64,000 nt of DNA, taken from assembly GCA_030141605.1 (NCBI GenBank), contig JAQGDQ010000264.1, forward strand, positions 1 through 64,000, in the 5' to 3' direction. Numbering within the stretch: the stretch's first letter is position 1; each line of letters begins with the position of its first letter. Made by a program: the position numbers and the translations under genes. Of this stretch, positions 38,549-52,800 are shown piece by piece. This DNA comes from Tubiluchus corallicola. Its lineage: Eukaryota > Animalia > Priapulida. Under the pieces are notes generated by a model. That model was not told the DNA's origin and did no database searches. It saw only the letters and a list, made by a program, of their open reading frames with translations.

Positions 38549-41500
38549 TTACATACTGGTTTCAATTTCTTCCAGAGCTCTCTTCAAGTGTCGGTCTGAT
38601 CTGAAAGTTAAACGAACATCAGTATTAATCATATCACTGCTTTACTGGTTATTAAGCATGTACCAACCAGCAAACAGCTGACAATGACAAATAAACTTTA
38701 ATAAATGTTCAACAGTTATTTGTGCTACCCGTAAAGTCCTGACAACACACAATGTTACACATTGGTAGTTCTGTGTAATTGTACACAGGATAACAAGCAC
38801 TTCAACTACATTTAAAGTTCTTGAAACTACAAAGCACAAGAAAACATTTCATAAAGCTTAAAAAATTCTATATCACTTGAAATTTTATATCACTTACGGC
38901 TATCTTATTGCGCACAGAGCTTGTATTAATAGCAACGTTGTATAAAACTTGTAAATCTAAACTCCAGTGATGACCGTTAGATGCAGCCATTTTGATGGTA
39001 GGTCATTTGAAACAAGTTTGAATAACAGTGAGTAAAATTTGAAAAAATAATCAGGGCATTCGTAGTACACTCTGCACTAACGAAGCAAGAGTATTAACTA
39101 CTGTATCTTGTTAATAAGATTAAAAAAATGTTTTTAGAGAGTCACTGGTGCACACTAGGAAGGTGAGTCAGTGACATATTACCAGTTAGTGCAAACATTT
39201 TAAATTACGAAGAATTTTCATTTCTAGTCACATAACTCTTTCAAGCAGGTAAGCATAATGCAAAGTAACATAACTTTCTTTGGAAAGTTTTTGGAATGTA
39301 CTTTAAAATAGCCTTTTCACCCCCTTTAAAAATAGAAATTATCACACTAAAACAGTATCAAAGATGGCACTATCATATAAAATATTTTACATCAATGAAC
39401 ACCAACCTTGTGTAACCGTGCACACTTTCCAGCTCACGTTGCATATTCTGCGTTTCCTGAATTAAGTTAGGAAGATCAGACACTGTTGTTGAAGGTAAGA
39501 TCTGAGGAATATACTTGCTAAATATTTCTGGTGATAACATTGCAAACTCTACACCAAATAAAAATAAAATCAGAGTAGACAAAGTTCATAGTAAAAATGT
39601 TTGTAACAAAAATTTTAAACAAAAACCTTCATTAGAAGTGCAACGGTTATGTACATTATGCAAGTGGTTCTACTGCATGCCTACACGAGTTGCATAAAAC
39701 AGGTAGCCTTTCAAGAAAAGGAAATTTCTCAAGTGTTATTTACACCCGTACCACTACATAAGTATCATTATCATCATTAATTACTCAAATGAAAAGCTTC
39801 TTTGTGTAATACTTTTGCAAATTAATTTCAAATTTTTACATAAAAAGTAAAAATAAAATGAAAAGTGCAGCAAAACATTTTTATAACACAAATCTGCAAG
39901 ATAAATATAATTGTATGTGCAGGTGTAAAACCTGAGTGTTGGCCATGCACAATGTAGCTTCACAATACTAATTCGGAGCTAAATGAACTGAATGGTACTT
40001 ACGCGACACATATAATCAGTTATAAGAATAGTTTTCTAACAAACAGTTAAAGAAATAAATACTTTCTTGGCAGTTACAAAAATTATTGTTACAGCAGTGG
40101 TGATTTTAACATACAGTTTACAGTCACACCTGCATAAAATGGATCCAATTCTTGAATCTTAATTTCCTGGTAACTCACATCAGATTTCAACACCAACTGA
40201 TCTTTCCTGGATGTAAATTAAATCAGGCAAGCCATATTTCACACGGTTCTAAGTAACTGCCTTGGCTCTAAAGAATATGGCTTAAGAAGAATTACCTAAA
40301 CCCCTAAACTATGTAATAAGACACTTTTCTAAATAAGCCTTTTCACAATTCCAGCAATTGATGAGCGTGAAAAGGTCAAAGGATAAGTGTACCAAACAAT
40401 CCATTTGTGTACACTTGACAACGTTTCGTAGCCCAAGCTATTGTAATAGTAACAGTTTTAACAGCTAGCTAGCACTTTACCTAGTTCATTTTTTTTGTTC
40501 CCAAGCAAGATCCTGCCAGTAAATCACTCTCTGCACAGACTAATGCATAATTAAGCCCACGTAAAACAACAGAAGTTACTGAACTGATGCAGCAGACGAC
40601 TTTGCTTTACACACATGTCACGTGACAGAGTAGTTAAGACACGTTGCTGTGATACACTTAACCTTTGACCTTGCGTGTGCGCACAACGAAATTTTGAGAA
40701 GGCTTATTCCATAAAAGAATCTTGCTTTAACACAACACCAAGGTGCATAAGTAGGTTACTAACACATGTGCAAGCCACTCACCTGGATCTAACTTGTACA
40801 GGTTCGTAATCAGCTCTGATAGAACTGATGGAGAAACAACAAACGGTTGAGATTGCACATCTATTATCACAACTGAAATGACATTCAATGAGATAATCAA
40901 TAATCACAGCCTAAATGAAGAAACTTAAAATCCTTTTGTATGACTGTTAAAATGCACATTTTCTTTTAATAAAAATAGACAAGTTAAATGCGTCATCAGC
41001 TAGTTACATAATGCTAAAAAAGAAATGAAGAACTGGGGTTGCCTGCTGTAATGAACAACAGAATAAAGCAATCTCTACATTGAAGGTTCAAAGAGACTGT
41101 TCTGAGTAATCCCTCTTAAAATAATTTTTAAAATTTAATCAAATTCACAGAATGTATATTGTTTAGTCTAGTATTATCTCACTTTTAAATCAGTAAGGGT
41201 TGAAACACTTAATTAGAGTCTGTCAATGCACCACTTTTCTTATAGAAACATGATGGATGAAATACCTTAACAGAAAGCAAATTTACAAGAAACAAATTGA
41301 AGAGTTAAGAAAGTTTGTATGACATTTCAGTTATCACAAAAAAATTAACTAATAGAAATCCTTTGAACATGTTTTACATATTAAATTTCGACTAGGATAG
41401 CAAATTTTCACCACTGTTCAAAGCTTTGTAGTAGCAAATAAGCACATGAGCATTCTCTCAAAATTCAGTATATTAGTAGGAAATTTATATGCATACTCAC

Positions 41501-44500
41501 TAAGAATTCTGCTTATATGCTTTTTGGCAACTTCATTGTTGAAAATCTTTAATAATTCATTTTTTAATGTAGAATGCAGCTTATTTTCTAAATAAAACCG
41601 GTTCTACAAAATGAAAAACAACAAGTAAAATCAGTAAAACTGACATTAGCAAAAATATATTAAGAGTTGAGCTGGAATACAATTGGCACAGGCAAGAAGC
41701 AGTGCAGAAATAACAGCAATACAAAATGAGCCTAGAATATTCTGATGAATATCTGCATTATTACAGCAGCCATTGCACGCAATTACGTCATGGGTATTAC
41801 GGACAGAATCCAAATTACAGCCAGATACATGTGAAAATGTTTGAATTTGATTTTGAGTAGCCTTTTCCCAATCAGCATGTTTTATATTAGAATGGTCACT
41901 AAGGCCATAGATTACATCATTGCTGGTAAGAGGCACTACACCTGGATCATATGCAGAGAAAACAAGTTCCACGTTTAGTACACAGATGACAGGAAAATGG
42001 TTCATAAGTGTTTAAGGCATGTTCAACTTTTTTTGTGAGTTAATTTATTTATACGAACGCTAATAAATTATTGCACCTTATTAAAAAACGTTCGCAAGCA
42101 GTTTATTGAGTATTAAGAGTGTTGCCTTCATAAATAAAAAATACGCGCTGTAATAACATAAAAAATGCTACTTAATAGGCCTTTTTGGTTTATAAATTCC
42201 ACCGCTTAATACACTAAAGCCATTTAGCTTCTCACCAAGGTGGATTTATTAAATGACGTACATTGCACAATATACACAACGAGTTTTTAACTGACTATCG
42301 TAATATGTGATTTTTAAACATGTTGCTACAAATGTAAATGCACGAAATTACAGGGAAGCACTTAATGAATTAGTTATTGATAGAAAGCACACTGGACTGA
42401 CGAGGGCCTAAAGGACCACAAAAAACAGTTGCAATAAGAAATTTGCTCCAGTAGTACAGCAAACTAAAAGAAACCGCAAGCATTAATAGTCAAAGATTTC
42501 AGTTTACAAATCATGCCTGTGTTAAATTAATAATTATAATCTGGTCTCGCCTTTATGTAGACAGTACTCATATACACAGCAATATAGTAAGAAACAAATT
42601 TAAAAACAATGTGACCCTCATTTAAAGTTTGGAAAGCAAAAGAAAACTAAAATTTATCCCAATAAACAGGCACAGTGAATATCTTCTTTATTAAAATAAC
42701 TTTACTAAAACACTAAAGCACAAAAGCACTAACGTTTCGAAAAATTTTATGCTTTTAGTGTTTTAATAAGATTTTTATTTTAATAAAAAATAAAATTTAG
42801 ACCATGTGGCAGACTGTTGCAAAGTGAAAATGGGAACTAAGAAAAGCCATTGACACCGGAACAACAAAAAGTAACAAAGTTGTAATAAAAACAATTTCAC
42901 ATATGATACAAACCTGTTCTTCTACTTGACATAATTAATGCCTGAACAACACACTTTAAATGGAATAAGTTTTATCATATGGGGAAGGGGAATTCAAGAG
43001 ACCAACAGTTGATATGCAACAATAACATACCAGATAATTAAACATAGGCACCATAGCATCCACAGATTGTTGGTACTGACTCATAGCCATGAAGAATGAC
43101 TGCAAATGTGCTACACCTTCCAAAACCTGAACGTGAGAAAAAAATCAACAACAGCATTACAAATAAACTGTATCAGTAAATCACCAATAAGTGGTGCGAT
43201 CAACAGCTCTTTAACTGTTATTAATAGGCTTTTAATCATAAAATGAAACATTAATTTTTTCACGATAATGTTAACAACCTACTACAATTGTATATAACAG
43301 TGTTTGTTAAAGAAATGGAATAATACACAAAGTTAAGTGCTGTAAAAATTAATCATATAGATGTAAATAGCTTTGATTAATTTTAATAAAAATCATTCAA
43401 TCAGAGAACCAAGTGCCTTGCTACATGCTAATATTTGAAAAAAAATAAAATATGTACTCAAGCACCCATAGAAACAATTGGAGTGGAAGTGTCTTCAGAA
43501 TATGAGCAATGTGACTTGAAACTAGAGCCTGTGTTAACAAATTGCACACATGTATACAAAACCACAGATAAAAATTTAATTTTGAGCAAACAATTTCTGT
43601 GTAAAGATGCTTATTTTTAACTCTAACTTAAAAATCTTGCATATAATTCACCTAAGAAAAAAACAGAAAGTTTTAAGTACAGCCTAGAACCACTATGATT
43701 ACATTATTTAAATTTACAAATACATGCACAAACACACAACACTCACATAAGCATTAAAGTCGGGCAAAGTCGGTTTTTAACCCAATATGAACAAATTAAG
43801 GGGATGTTCTTTACCTAAGTTCACTATCCTAAGTTCACTATTGTCATAAAAGGAGATCAATCACAGCTGGATCCAGACTCCCAAAATATGAATCAAATAT
43901 AAGGCACAGTCAGGGCTAAACACCTGTCACACAGATAGAAAGTGGGTTAAGGTCACTATCGCTGTGATTCAGATCTCATATAATAATAATTCCTCGAGAT
44001 CAGCATGTTAAGCATAAAATCATAAACAACAATTTGTATTTTAAGATCCTTACCTCCAGCCCATATGAAATGTTTCGTAAATAAACAGTCATATGCATAA
44101 TTACATCATTATAAAGTCTTTCAGCAAATCTTGCACAAACACTTTTGTACACACAACTGGAAAGTAAAAATATATAAACACTAAAACAGGCTGTTTATTA
44201 ATTACAACACCTGCAAAACAAGAAATAGAAGACCTGATCAAGCACTTAAATGTAGACTATTGTGGTGGGACCCAGAACTTAGCTAAATAACTTACATGAC
44301 ATAACAAACTTTAAAATACATGAAGACGCAGAATGAACTTTAAAAGCCATTCTGTTTCATGAGAACAGTAGTGTAACCTCACATTAATTTTGCATGCATG
44401 TTACACTTTTTGTAAATGAGCACCGATGTATGAAATACGGTGTCAAAAGCTGAGATTACAGCACAAGTAAAAAAACTAGCAATGATAAAAGGCGATGTTC

Positions 44501-45073
44501 AACATATGAGCCAACTGCTCATTGATAAAATAACAATACTGGTTAGTAGATTGCTATATGAGCTCACATGCGTTTTATGTAACATAAAATTCTCCAACAG
44601 ATCAAAATCATTGCATAAATTAGAAAATTGGTAATGGCACCTCAACGTACTTATCTGCTATTGTCAAACCATGCTTATAACTTCTACTGGGACATTACTA
44701 ACCAATAAGACCAATTTCCAAAATGTTTCCTTTCTCTTTTTTCAAGCTAAATTATGCATGCAGGCAACTCGGCATGCACAGATGAGCTTAAAAACTTTTT
44801 ACCAGGTATACAGAAAATTATGCATGCAGGCAACTAGGCATGCACAGATGAGCTTAAAAACTTTTTACCAGGTATACAGAAAATTATGCATGCAGGCAAC
44901 TAGGCATGCACAGATGAGCTTAAAAACTTATTACCAGGTGTACAGAAAATTTACCTATGCACTTCTTCGAAATATATTCTTGTTGAACGGTCAGGAGAGA
45001 GCATCTGTTCTACTGCGTATCGAATTTTCGGCCACAATAGCTGTTCATAATCTTCTTCCGACGAAGTCATCAT
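38549..45073 (-). CDS. CACUL1: CDK2-associated and cullin domain-containing protein 1 homolog, 7 coding exons (~234 aa as modelled)
   Basis: Exons (minus) 44955-45073, 44054-44156, 43031-43126, 41501-41603, 40783-40872, 39407-39548 and 38549-38600. Translation includes EEDYEQLLWPKIRYAVEQML, FEEVHSCVYKSVC, VPMFNYLNRFYLENKL, QSQPFVVSPS, LYKLDPEFAMLSPEIFSKYIPQILP, QRELESVHGYTR and RHLKRA. The start codon and last codons are less certain. Confidence 0.9.
38976..39300 (+). repeat. Dispersed repeat, copy 1 (same family as 57150-57440)
   Basis: gttagatgcagccattttgatggta...gaaacaagttt...caaacattttaaattac...agcaggtaagca is shared with 57150-57440 in the same orientation. Confidence 0.85.
40324..40717. 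mobile_element. MITE-like element with imperfect inverted ends in a CACUL1 intron
   Basis: aataagccttttcacaatt and aaggtcaaaggataagtgta on the left pair with tacacttaacctttgacctt and aattttgagaaggcttatt on the right. Confidence 0.65.
41670..42000 (-). mobile_element. LINE remnant (endonuclease-RT linker region)
   Basis: The ORF at 41646-42005 (HFPV..., WEKA..., IACNGCCNNADIHQNI..FC..VISALLLACANCIP) resembles the Cys/His linker that follows the APE domain in some non-LTR ORF2s. Confidence 0.5.
42687..42787. repeat. AT-rich inverted repeat / hairpin
   Basis: tttattaaaataac..tactaaaacactaaagca pairs with tgcttttagtgttttaataag...ttattttaataaa. Confidence 0.7.
44749..44951. repeat. 66-bp tandem repeat x3 abutting the first CACUL1 splice donor
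   Basis: Units start at 44749, 44815 and 44881 and are nearly identical (aaattatgcatgcaggcaactaggcatgcacagatgagcttaaaaactttttaccaggtatacaga). Confidence 0.97.
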
Positions 45074-46554
45074 CTTAATTAGTTAATTCTTGTCGATCAC
45101 ATTTTCTAAAAAAAATAAATTGGGGTATTTTGTAAAAAGCCTTGAAGGCACAATTTTCGGCATCATATCCTTCAAACTGCTTACAGCTTTCAATGCTGAA
45201 TAAAGTGGTCGGTAACATCATTCAAGTGCCAAAAGTTGAGATTTAAACTTTATACTGTAAACCGTAATTGGACTTTCATTTTGAAAATACCCCTCCCAAC
45301 TAAGTGATTAAAGTCACATCGGTCACAGACGAATTCTTGCAATCACTGCCGACCTACAAAACCCTATACTAGATATGCGCAAACCTTTAAAAAAACAAAT
45401 TTGTTTCTAAATATTATAAACCAGCTCTGAAAGTAGCTCACCCATCCCAAAAGTAGAACTGTGTTATTTCCCATATGGGCCTTAAACAACTCAAGTTTCA
45501 TGAAGCTGCAATGTGCAATACAGCTAGAAACTTCTGTGCAAAGTCCTATACACAAAAGACATAAAAAAGACTCTTAAAAAAATTAGTCATACTTTAGTAA
45601 CAAATGTGATTTGGCAGCTGGCCCAGTCATTCAGATAAATTTCAGTTTAGAGTTAACTGTGAAAAATTCAGCTTTAGCTCACTTCACGAAAATCAGCATT
45701 CAACCTTTAGTGCTCAGGTCACTACCTACTATCTACGACCTCACATCATCAGTGACTGCAACAAGGCGTTTCAGAGTTTCGCTATGCGCAGGTGCACTCA
45801 AGCAGTTGCAGTAGGCTAAAGATTATTTATACTTTATCATGGGAAGCCTAATTTCAGCTGTATCATTCCTAATTTACGAAATGAATATTCTTGTTGCTCA
45901 ATGTGGCTATTCTATTCTATTCTTAATTATTTTACGAATGCATAAGTTTAGTAATGAGCAATATGCACACAAGGAAGAAAGATAAATTTTTGCACTTTAT
46001 TACACCGTGGAACTTGGGAGACAGCTTGACCAGTTGAGGAGACCACACTGGGACGTATTTAAAGAGAGTCTAGTTTGGTTATTGCTGTTTTTAAAACTGT
46101 TCTTTCACATTCAGGACAAACATCACCCAGCAACCTTGCTGGGCATCTGCTGCCGATTTTCGGAAGTCCCAAATGGGTAGCAACCCTGTCATTCACTGGC
46201 ATAGGCTGGCTCTGAGTACCATAGGACACTAGTCCAAATTGAATCTTACTAATGCTACATGTGTTTCCAAGAATTGTGTTTATCTTTACAGAATAACCAG
46301 CATTCACATGTGATAGTTTTGTCCAATTGCAGGCTCATTTAGATAAACACTGGTAAAAACAACCAGAATTGATTCTAACAGGGCTTCTTGGGACAGCATA
46401 GCTTAGCTAGGATAAGAAATCCTCCACTGGCAGCATCTTCGCAAATTTTTAGCATTTGCAGTGCACTAGGAACAGTAGAGGATCAATAACAAAACTGGTA
46501 TGGATCTCCATCAAATGATTATGGATTATGGAACACAAAGTAAAACCAGTCTGT

Positions 46555-46860
46555 ACAACAACCCACACCACACCACACAACCAATTGCCATTTCATTTAC
46601 AACACACCACCCACACCAAACTACACCACACCACCCACACCACAACACACCCACCATACACCAACACACCTACACCCCACCACATCATACCACCCAGACC
46701 ACACTACACCACACCCACCACATCATTCCACCAACACCACACACACACTACTACCCCACCACACCATCCATAGCACAACACCCACAGCACACCGCACAAT
46801 ACCCACTGCACCACACCATCCACATCACACTCACTACACCCACTTCACCACACCACACAA
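46555..46860. repeat. CACAC/CACCA low-complexity repeat
   Basis: C/A-dominated degenerate pentamer array. Confidence 0.9.
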
Positions 46861-47959
46861 GGTCAGATCTCCCACGAATTCTAAATATGCCTACTACAAC
46901 CATCATTGAACGGGATATCTAACCGTTACCACCACCTCCCCCAGTCATTTTACGATCTCTAGAAATAAGAGATATAAGTTTTGCAAAAAACGAACGAAAA
47001 ACAGCCAATTTGGAAGTTTTCGAGCCCCCTTTACTTCCGGTGGGCCCGATTCGAAAAATAAACCCCCAATGGTAAATGAGTGGATCGAGACCTTTCATTT
47101 GGTATAAAATCGCCGAAAATTGTGCTGTCCTGAGAGTTGTAGCCTCAAATCTTATATATATGTATGAGTGTGTGTGTGCTTGCAAAACCAACAATAAGTC
47201 AGCATAGTTAAGGAAAACTACGTTATGATGCTTCAAAGTAAAATGCGCCAAAAATTTGGTCAAATGTCAATTTTTTGTTTTTTTTTTATTTAAAACAAAT
47301 GCTGAATAAATTGAGCTTTTGTATTCTAGCATCAAATCATCAAGACAATGTTAAAAAATATTAAAAATCTAATTTTATAACCACGTACCCTCTTTCCTGA
47401 CGAAAAATCAGTACTACAAATATATTGTGAAATACTTATATATTTAAACTGCGACAGTAGCTCGTGGAAACAATCATTTTGGGTTTTTTCTGTTGCTAAT
47501 CCCATATCTTTGTCTGGAAGAACCATCTACTGGATTTAAATATAACACCAACGTGTTTTTGCAAAGCCCGTAGCAACCAGCATTTGTGTGGTTGTCAAGT
47601 GTTTTGTAGAACCGCGATAAAAAACAATGGCTAGCTTTAACAGCGATTTTCTCAAGTTTATGTTTTCAATGCATAGCGTGCACCTCAACTTCAAAGTGGA
47701 TTATCCCAGCTTAGAAATAATATACAGCGATAGGCTTGGTATCAAAATGATCCTCGTGAAATGGATGATATGTGAACAACTAGAAAAGCTTAAATGACGA
47801 CCAATGGATGATTTTGCTATGCAAGCACACATATGTAAATAAATATATATATATCCAGAAACTACCAAAATTAATTATGCAGATTAAAAATATAGTGACA
47901 AATAAATAATTCTGTATACTGTAATCTGTATTCTGACAATTTAGCACAGCCTGAAATCG

Positions 47960-48400
47960 TCAGACCTCACTTGGATTATGTAAGGCAAGTTTGGGACTCA
48001 TACTTCAAGAAGGACATCGACATCCTAGAACGAGTGTAAGACAGAGCAGTCAATATAATCCAAGGACTTGGCAATAAATCATATACTGAGAAATTACAAC
48101 GTCTTGGACTCAATTGACTCTCTTCTCATAGACGACGTGGTCGACTGATCGAGATGTTCAAGATTCTACATCGACACACTGACATCAACCATGAAACTTT
48201 CTTCACCTTAAATCACATTTGCACCTTAAGTCACTCTCTCAACCCTTATAACCACAGAGCTAACACCGAACGATGCCAGCACAGCTTTTCTAATGCTAAA
48301 ATTATTTATGGAATTCCATACCGGAAGAAGTCATAAGACTACAAGCGATCGACGGTTTCAAAAATACACTAGACAAATATTTATGCACTAAAGGTCACCT
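47960..48400 (+). mobile_element. Decayed CR1-clade LINE 3' fragment
   Basis: RPHLDYVRQVW..YFKKDIDILERV, SYTEKLQRLGL, RRRGRLIEMFKIL and FKNTLDKYL remnants with stop codons. Confidence 0.85.
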
Positions 48401-49461
48401 ATATTAATATCTTTGAGGTATGATTGGAGGCAGAGCACGTTTTTTGTAAATATCTATCCACGAAGAGCACAATGAATTGCCTATTAATATTTATGTGAAG
48501 ATAACTGCCTTGTTACACGACAAATATCACAACGTGCTCTCACCGTTTGGCTAGCAAAGCCCGTCACATTCGATACTCCGTTTCCATAATTTTTCAAAAA
48601 CATCTAATTCGGGAAAATCAACAATTTTACTTAATGAAAAGTTGAAAAGGTAATGAACATATTCACGCAATAGAAGAAACCATCGGCAGCGACATCATTG
48701 AAATAACATTTTTCCATTCTATGACTCACTCGAAGGTAGCTCTCTTTGATGACTTTGCCTTAAAATGCTAATAAATTTTTAAGCTATTTTTATCAGAATC
48801 GTTTTTTAATTAATTTAGATATTTTTACTTGCATAGCCGATTATCATAGCCAATCCCAACATACTTTCGTTAATTAAAATTAGGTGTGAGCATCGGATAT
48901 TCGAGATCGATTCGAACGCGTTTTTTTAGTCAAAAATTTGTTCAAAAATCTTTAAAATTGAATTGCATTCGGATTCGAAATCTCGAAACGAGCTCAATTC
49001 CAGTTTGAAAGTCAAAATTCAATTAGAATTCCCTTTTTGCCAACACATTTGCCCAGAACACTGCATGTTTTTATTTGAAAACTAACAGTGATTGTATGTC
49101 TTTTTTATTATGAAGGTTCGGTGTTTTTAAAAGACAAAATAAAGGTTATGTACTACTACTACTACTATTACCTTTCGTAGAGAATGCTCGCCCTAATGGA
49201 CTAATGGTCCATTTACACAATCATTTTTTTAATTTTCAGTCTAAAAATTAATTCCTATTTAAAGTACATCAAAATTTTACTCAAATGCTGGTAAAAATTA
49301 TTCAGTAAGGGATATCAGTCAAATTATTGTGCCAATATGTGGGTGTGCTTTATTGTCTATTCTGTCAGCTTACATGATTAAAAAAGTAGAAATTAGAAAA
49401 GAAAGAGTAAGAAAAACTGAAAGAGGCAGTTACAGGTTGATTTTTCAAGATCTGAACATTG

Positions 49462-49856
49462 CCCAGTAAGCATTGACATTATGGGCCAGTTCTGGCTTTA
49501 TTACGGCTCATTCTGGCAATGCTGGCATAAAGGCAAACCTTAACTGGCCCATGCCAGTGATAGCATAATTACAGAACTGAGAACAAAGCTAGAATTGAAA
49601 ACAATACTGGCTCAATAAGGGTTTAATGCAGCCTTAATAAAGCCAATTCTGGCACAATAACTCATTCCATGCTGGGCCAGCACTGGCAGCCAGAATTGGG
49701 CCAGTAACATGACAGTGTGCAAATGATTCTCGCACGATACAGGTAAGTTTCTGGCCCAATTACCAGTCTTGGCTTGCCTGCACTGGGCCAATACTGTACA
49801 TGCCATAATGCCAGTAATGGCCCAGAACTGGCCCCAGAATGGCATTGTTTACTGAG
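49462..49856. mobile_element. Non-autonomous DNA transposon (MITE) with CCCAGTAA-type imperfect TIRs
   Basis: The left end cccagtaagcattgacattatgggccagttctggc matches the reverse complement of the right end gcccagaactggccccagaatggcattgtttactgag; many internal ctggc/gccag repeats. Confidence 0.7.
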
Positions 49857-52800
49857 GGGCACGTGATTTTTTTGAATTATATGCATATGTCACACAAACC
49901 TTCTTTGGTAGGCTATTACAAGAAGTTTAATTTAGCTAACCAACACCTGTATAGCGCACCCATAGATTTTGCAAATTATTTAGCTGATTGGTAGAACGCT
50001 GGGCAGTAAAATCAGAATTTTCTGTTTTTCATAAGCAAAATCAAAATCAAAATGCTGATTGTCGTATATATACCACTTGCTGGATTGATAATAACAGAAT
50101 TCACTGGCCTCCTTTGAAAATTAACAATAGGTATGATCTAATGACTAACGAGCGAGCAACACTAATGGCAGTTGAGTCTGAGTTTGTCCAGTTCATATTT
50201 TATAAATTTAAGACAGTTAGCCACCATCAAATTTTGTTCGTCAAACTGAAAGTTTGTCAGTTTTGCTGTTTACACGATCAAACGGGTTGTCAAACTGAAC
50301 GTGCATGACAGTTTGATGAAACAATTGATCGTTAAAAATCTCCTTCGTTACCACATGATTAACAGCATGTCATTTATCATTATCGATGTTATTGTCACTG
50401 TCCTTGTTGATGTTGTATTGTGTTCTATGCTGGTTTCTATTACGGAGCAGGTGCAGTGAGAACACACCTGCCCATCAACCCGCTGAACCAAAGAGGCCAT
50501 TCCATAGCGACTGTTTTATACCTGGTACTCAATTATACCACTATGGCTTCGTATGGACGAGGTCACCACAGTGTAGGGGTGAGTCAAAAATAAATGGCAT
50601 TTCGCCCCCGTAACACTGTCCTCCTCTGCAGAAAATAGTTCATCCTCGAACCAAAATGAAGAACGCGAGAAGAACAACTTCTTATTGAAACCAAATAGTT
50701 TACAAAGATTGCATAATGCTTACAAAAATGAATTTTACGTATACCAATTTACTGTTTATGAAAAATTTCAAATCAAAGAGCAGAAAATTTTTATCCATGC
50801 AGAGCCTAGTTTTGAAATTTATAAAATCTACAGCAGTTCTAGTTCAAACATATTGAAATTTATAAAAGTTAAAGCTCAAAGGGCTGGCTCCATCTGTGCC
50901 GGATTCAGTATGCGATCTTCAACATGGAGACTTCTGGGGTTCAACTTGCCACAAATTAAAGTTGATGTCCGAGTACGTGTGTTGCGCTTACAAGGTGTTC
51001 CTCAACCAGATGGCTGGATTAGGCCCGCAGACTCGTAAGGACTGCAAAAAACCCTTGTTCCTCTTCTTTGAGATGATAGCACAGTGGGGAAGCTCTTTGT
51101 GTCCCTTCGCATTACAGCTTCAAATGTATGAACCCTGCGAATTGTTAGAGTAGCTGGCTATTGTTATATTATAGGCTGATCTCAGATGACGTCACACTCA
51201 CGTGCCTCAGTAGTTTCATCTCTCTTCTCTTCTGTTTTATGCTGTAACAACGAATTTCATTTTTCTTTTGCTTAAAGTTTTATCAGTACATACATCATTC
51301 TCATCCATAATATAAGAGCTATGGCATTCATACTGCCCACACCATCATCAAATCAAGTGAGTACAGCATGTGATGAGGTACTCAGTAATGGCAGAACTGG
51401 TTCCTCACGGTACGTCTACACACCTACTTAACTTTTCCCAAGGTACAATCATTAATTTAAAAACAACATTCCAGGCGCTGCTACAGCAATTACAGACTAT
51501 ACAATTTATTTCAAACGTTACTGTTACTGTTATCGACTAAGTTATTATTCCACTTTAAATTTTCCCTTTAATACATATGTTATTGTTAAGGCAAGTACAT
51601 CCAAATCTTGTTATATTGTATTTTGCCACAATGTTATATTTTGATATTTTGATGCATGGTTACTATTATTACAATTAATATTATTTTATATTTTGTAATT
51701 TCGATGAACGGTTTTCTTCAACTGTTAAATTATTACCACCTGTACTTCTATTTATTATTATACACATTAACAATATGCATGTACAAGAAAATGAAAGACT
51801 CTGTTGATTCTGTATCAGTAGTAGAGATAACGTACAAACCACAATGGAGCATGAACATCACTTCGTGTTTGAATTTCATGCATATTCAAGAAATCAGACA
51901 AAAATTCAAACATCGTTTTTATAATTTTACTTTTTTAAATGGCTCGGTTTTTTCCATACCTTGGCTATTTAGCTTCAAGAATAAAGCCTGACCTTAGCCA
52001 TTTTGGTAGATTTATCAGTGAAGGCATGTTCTGTAAGTCAAACAAAACTCTCTATATCACACATAAACAATAATGAGGAATGCTGGTTGAACATAATATT
52101 ATTTTGTCTAATGTAAATATCTATAAGCTTTTCATGTTATTAGTCTTAGTTAATTATTAATTAAACTTTTTTTGTTTTCATGTGTTAATTTATTGAAAGT
52201 ACTTTGTGTAATAGTTATAATAAATCATGGCTCATTTTCCAATATTATATTTCTCAGATATTTGAGGAAATAAACTGAATTTAATTGAATTTAAATCTCT
52301 GAAGTATTCAAATGCTTAAGAGCTAATATATTTTAAACATGTTTGTGTAATTATATATTGCATAAAGTATAGTTCATTAATTTTTTTTCTTTTAAGTTAT
52401 AGGCTTTGTGCTTCACTTATTTATAGGTTTGGATCGTAGTCCACATCAGTTCAAGAAACTTAAGTATGGAACAACTTCTCTGATCTCCGCAGAAGAAGAA
52501 ATCAGTATTATGGCAGCAAACTTTGATCATAATTCTTTTATAACTCATTCGTTATTTATTCTTTATAAGCTTTTATTCAAATAGCTGACTGAAACAAATG
52601 CTACTCGAGTCATTTTTTCCTTTTCTTTCATTGCTGAAAAATACAACATTTAATTGTGATTTTGTATCAGTATACTTCTTTTTAATTAGCTAGCTAACCT
52701 ATCTACGTTAATACAAATTGTACCAAAAATGTTGATTATTATTATTACTATCACTGAAAATAACTTTTTGCACAAAGCCCTTATGAATTAAATTTGAGCA

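Noticed and set aside
44671-45078. 135-aa + strand ORF with a triple 22-aa repeat
   Set aside because: Explained by the 66-bp tandem repeat, and it is antisense to CACUL1 exon 1.
46500-46922. His/Thr/Pro-rich 140-aa ORF
   Set aside because: By-product of the CACAC low-complexity repeat; no splice or homology support.
50386-51410. GC-richer patches with ORFs of 75-117 aa and a TGACGTCA/CACGTG motif pair at 51187-51204
   Set aside because: No recognisable domain in the frames I translated and no coherent exon chain; probably transposon debris. A BLASTX search would settle it.
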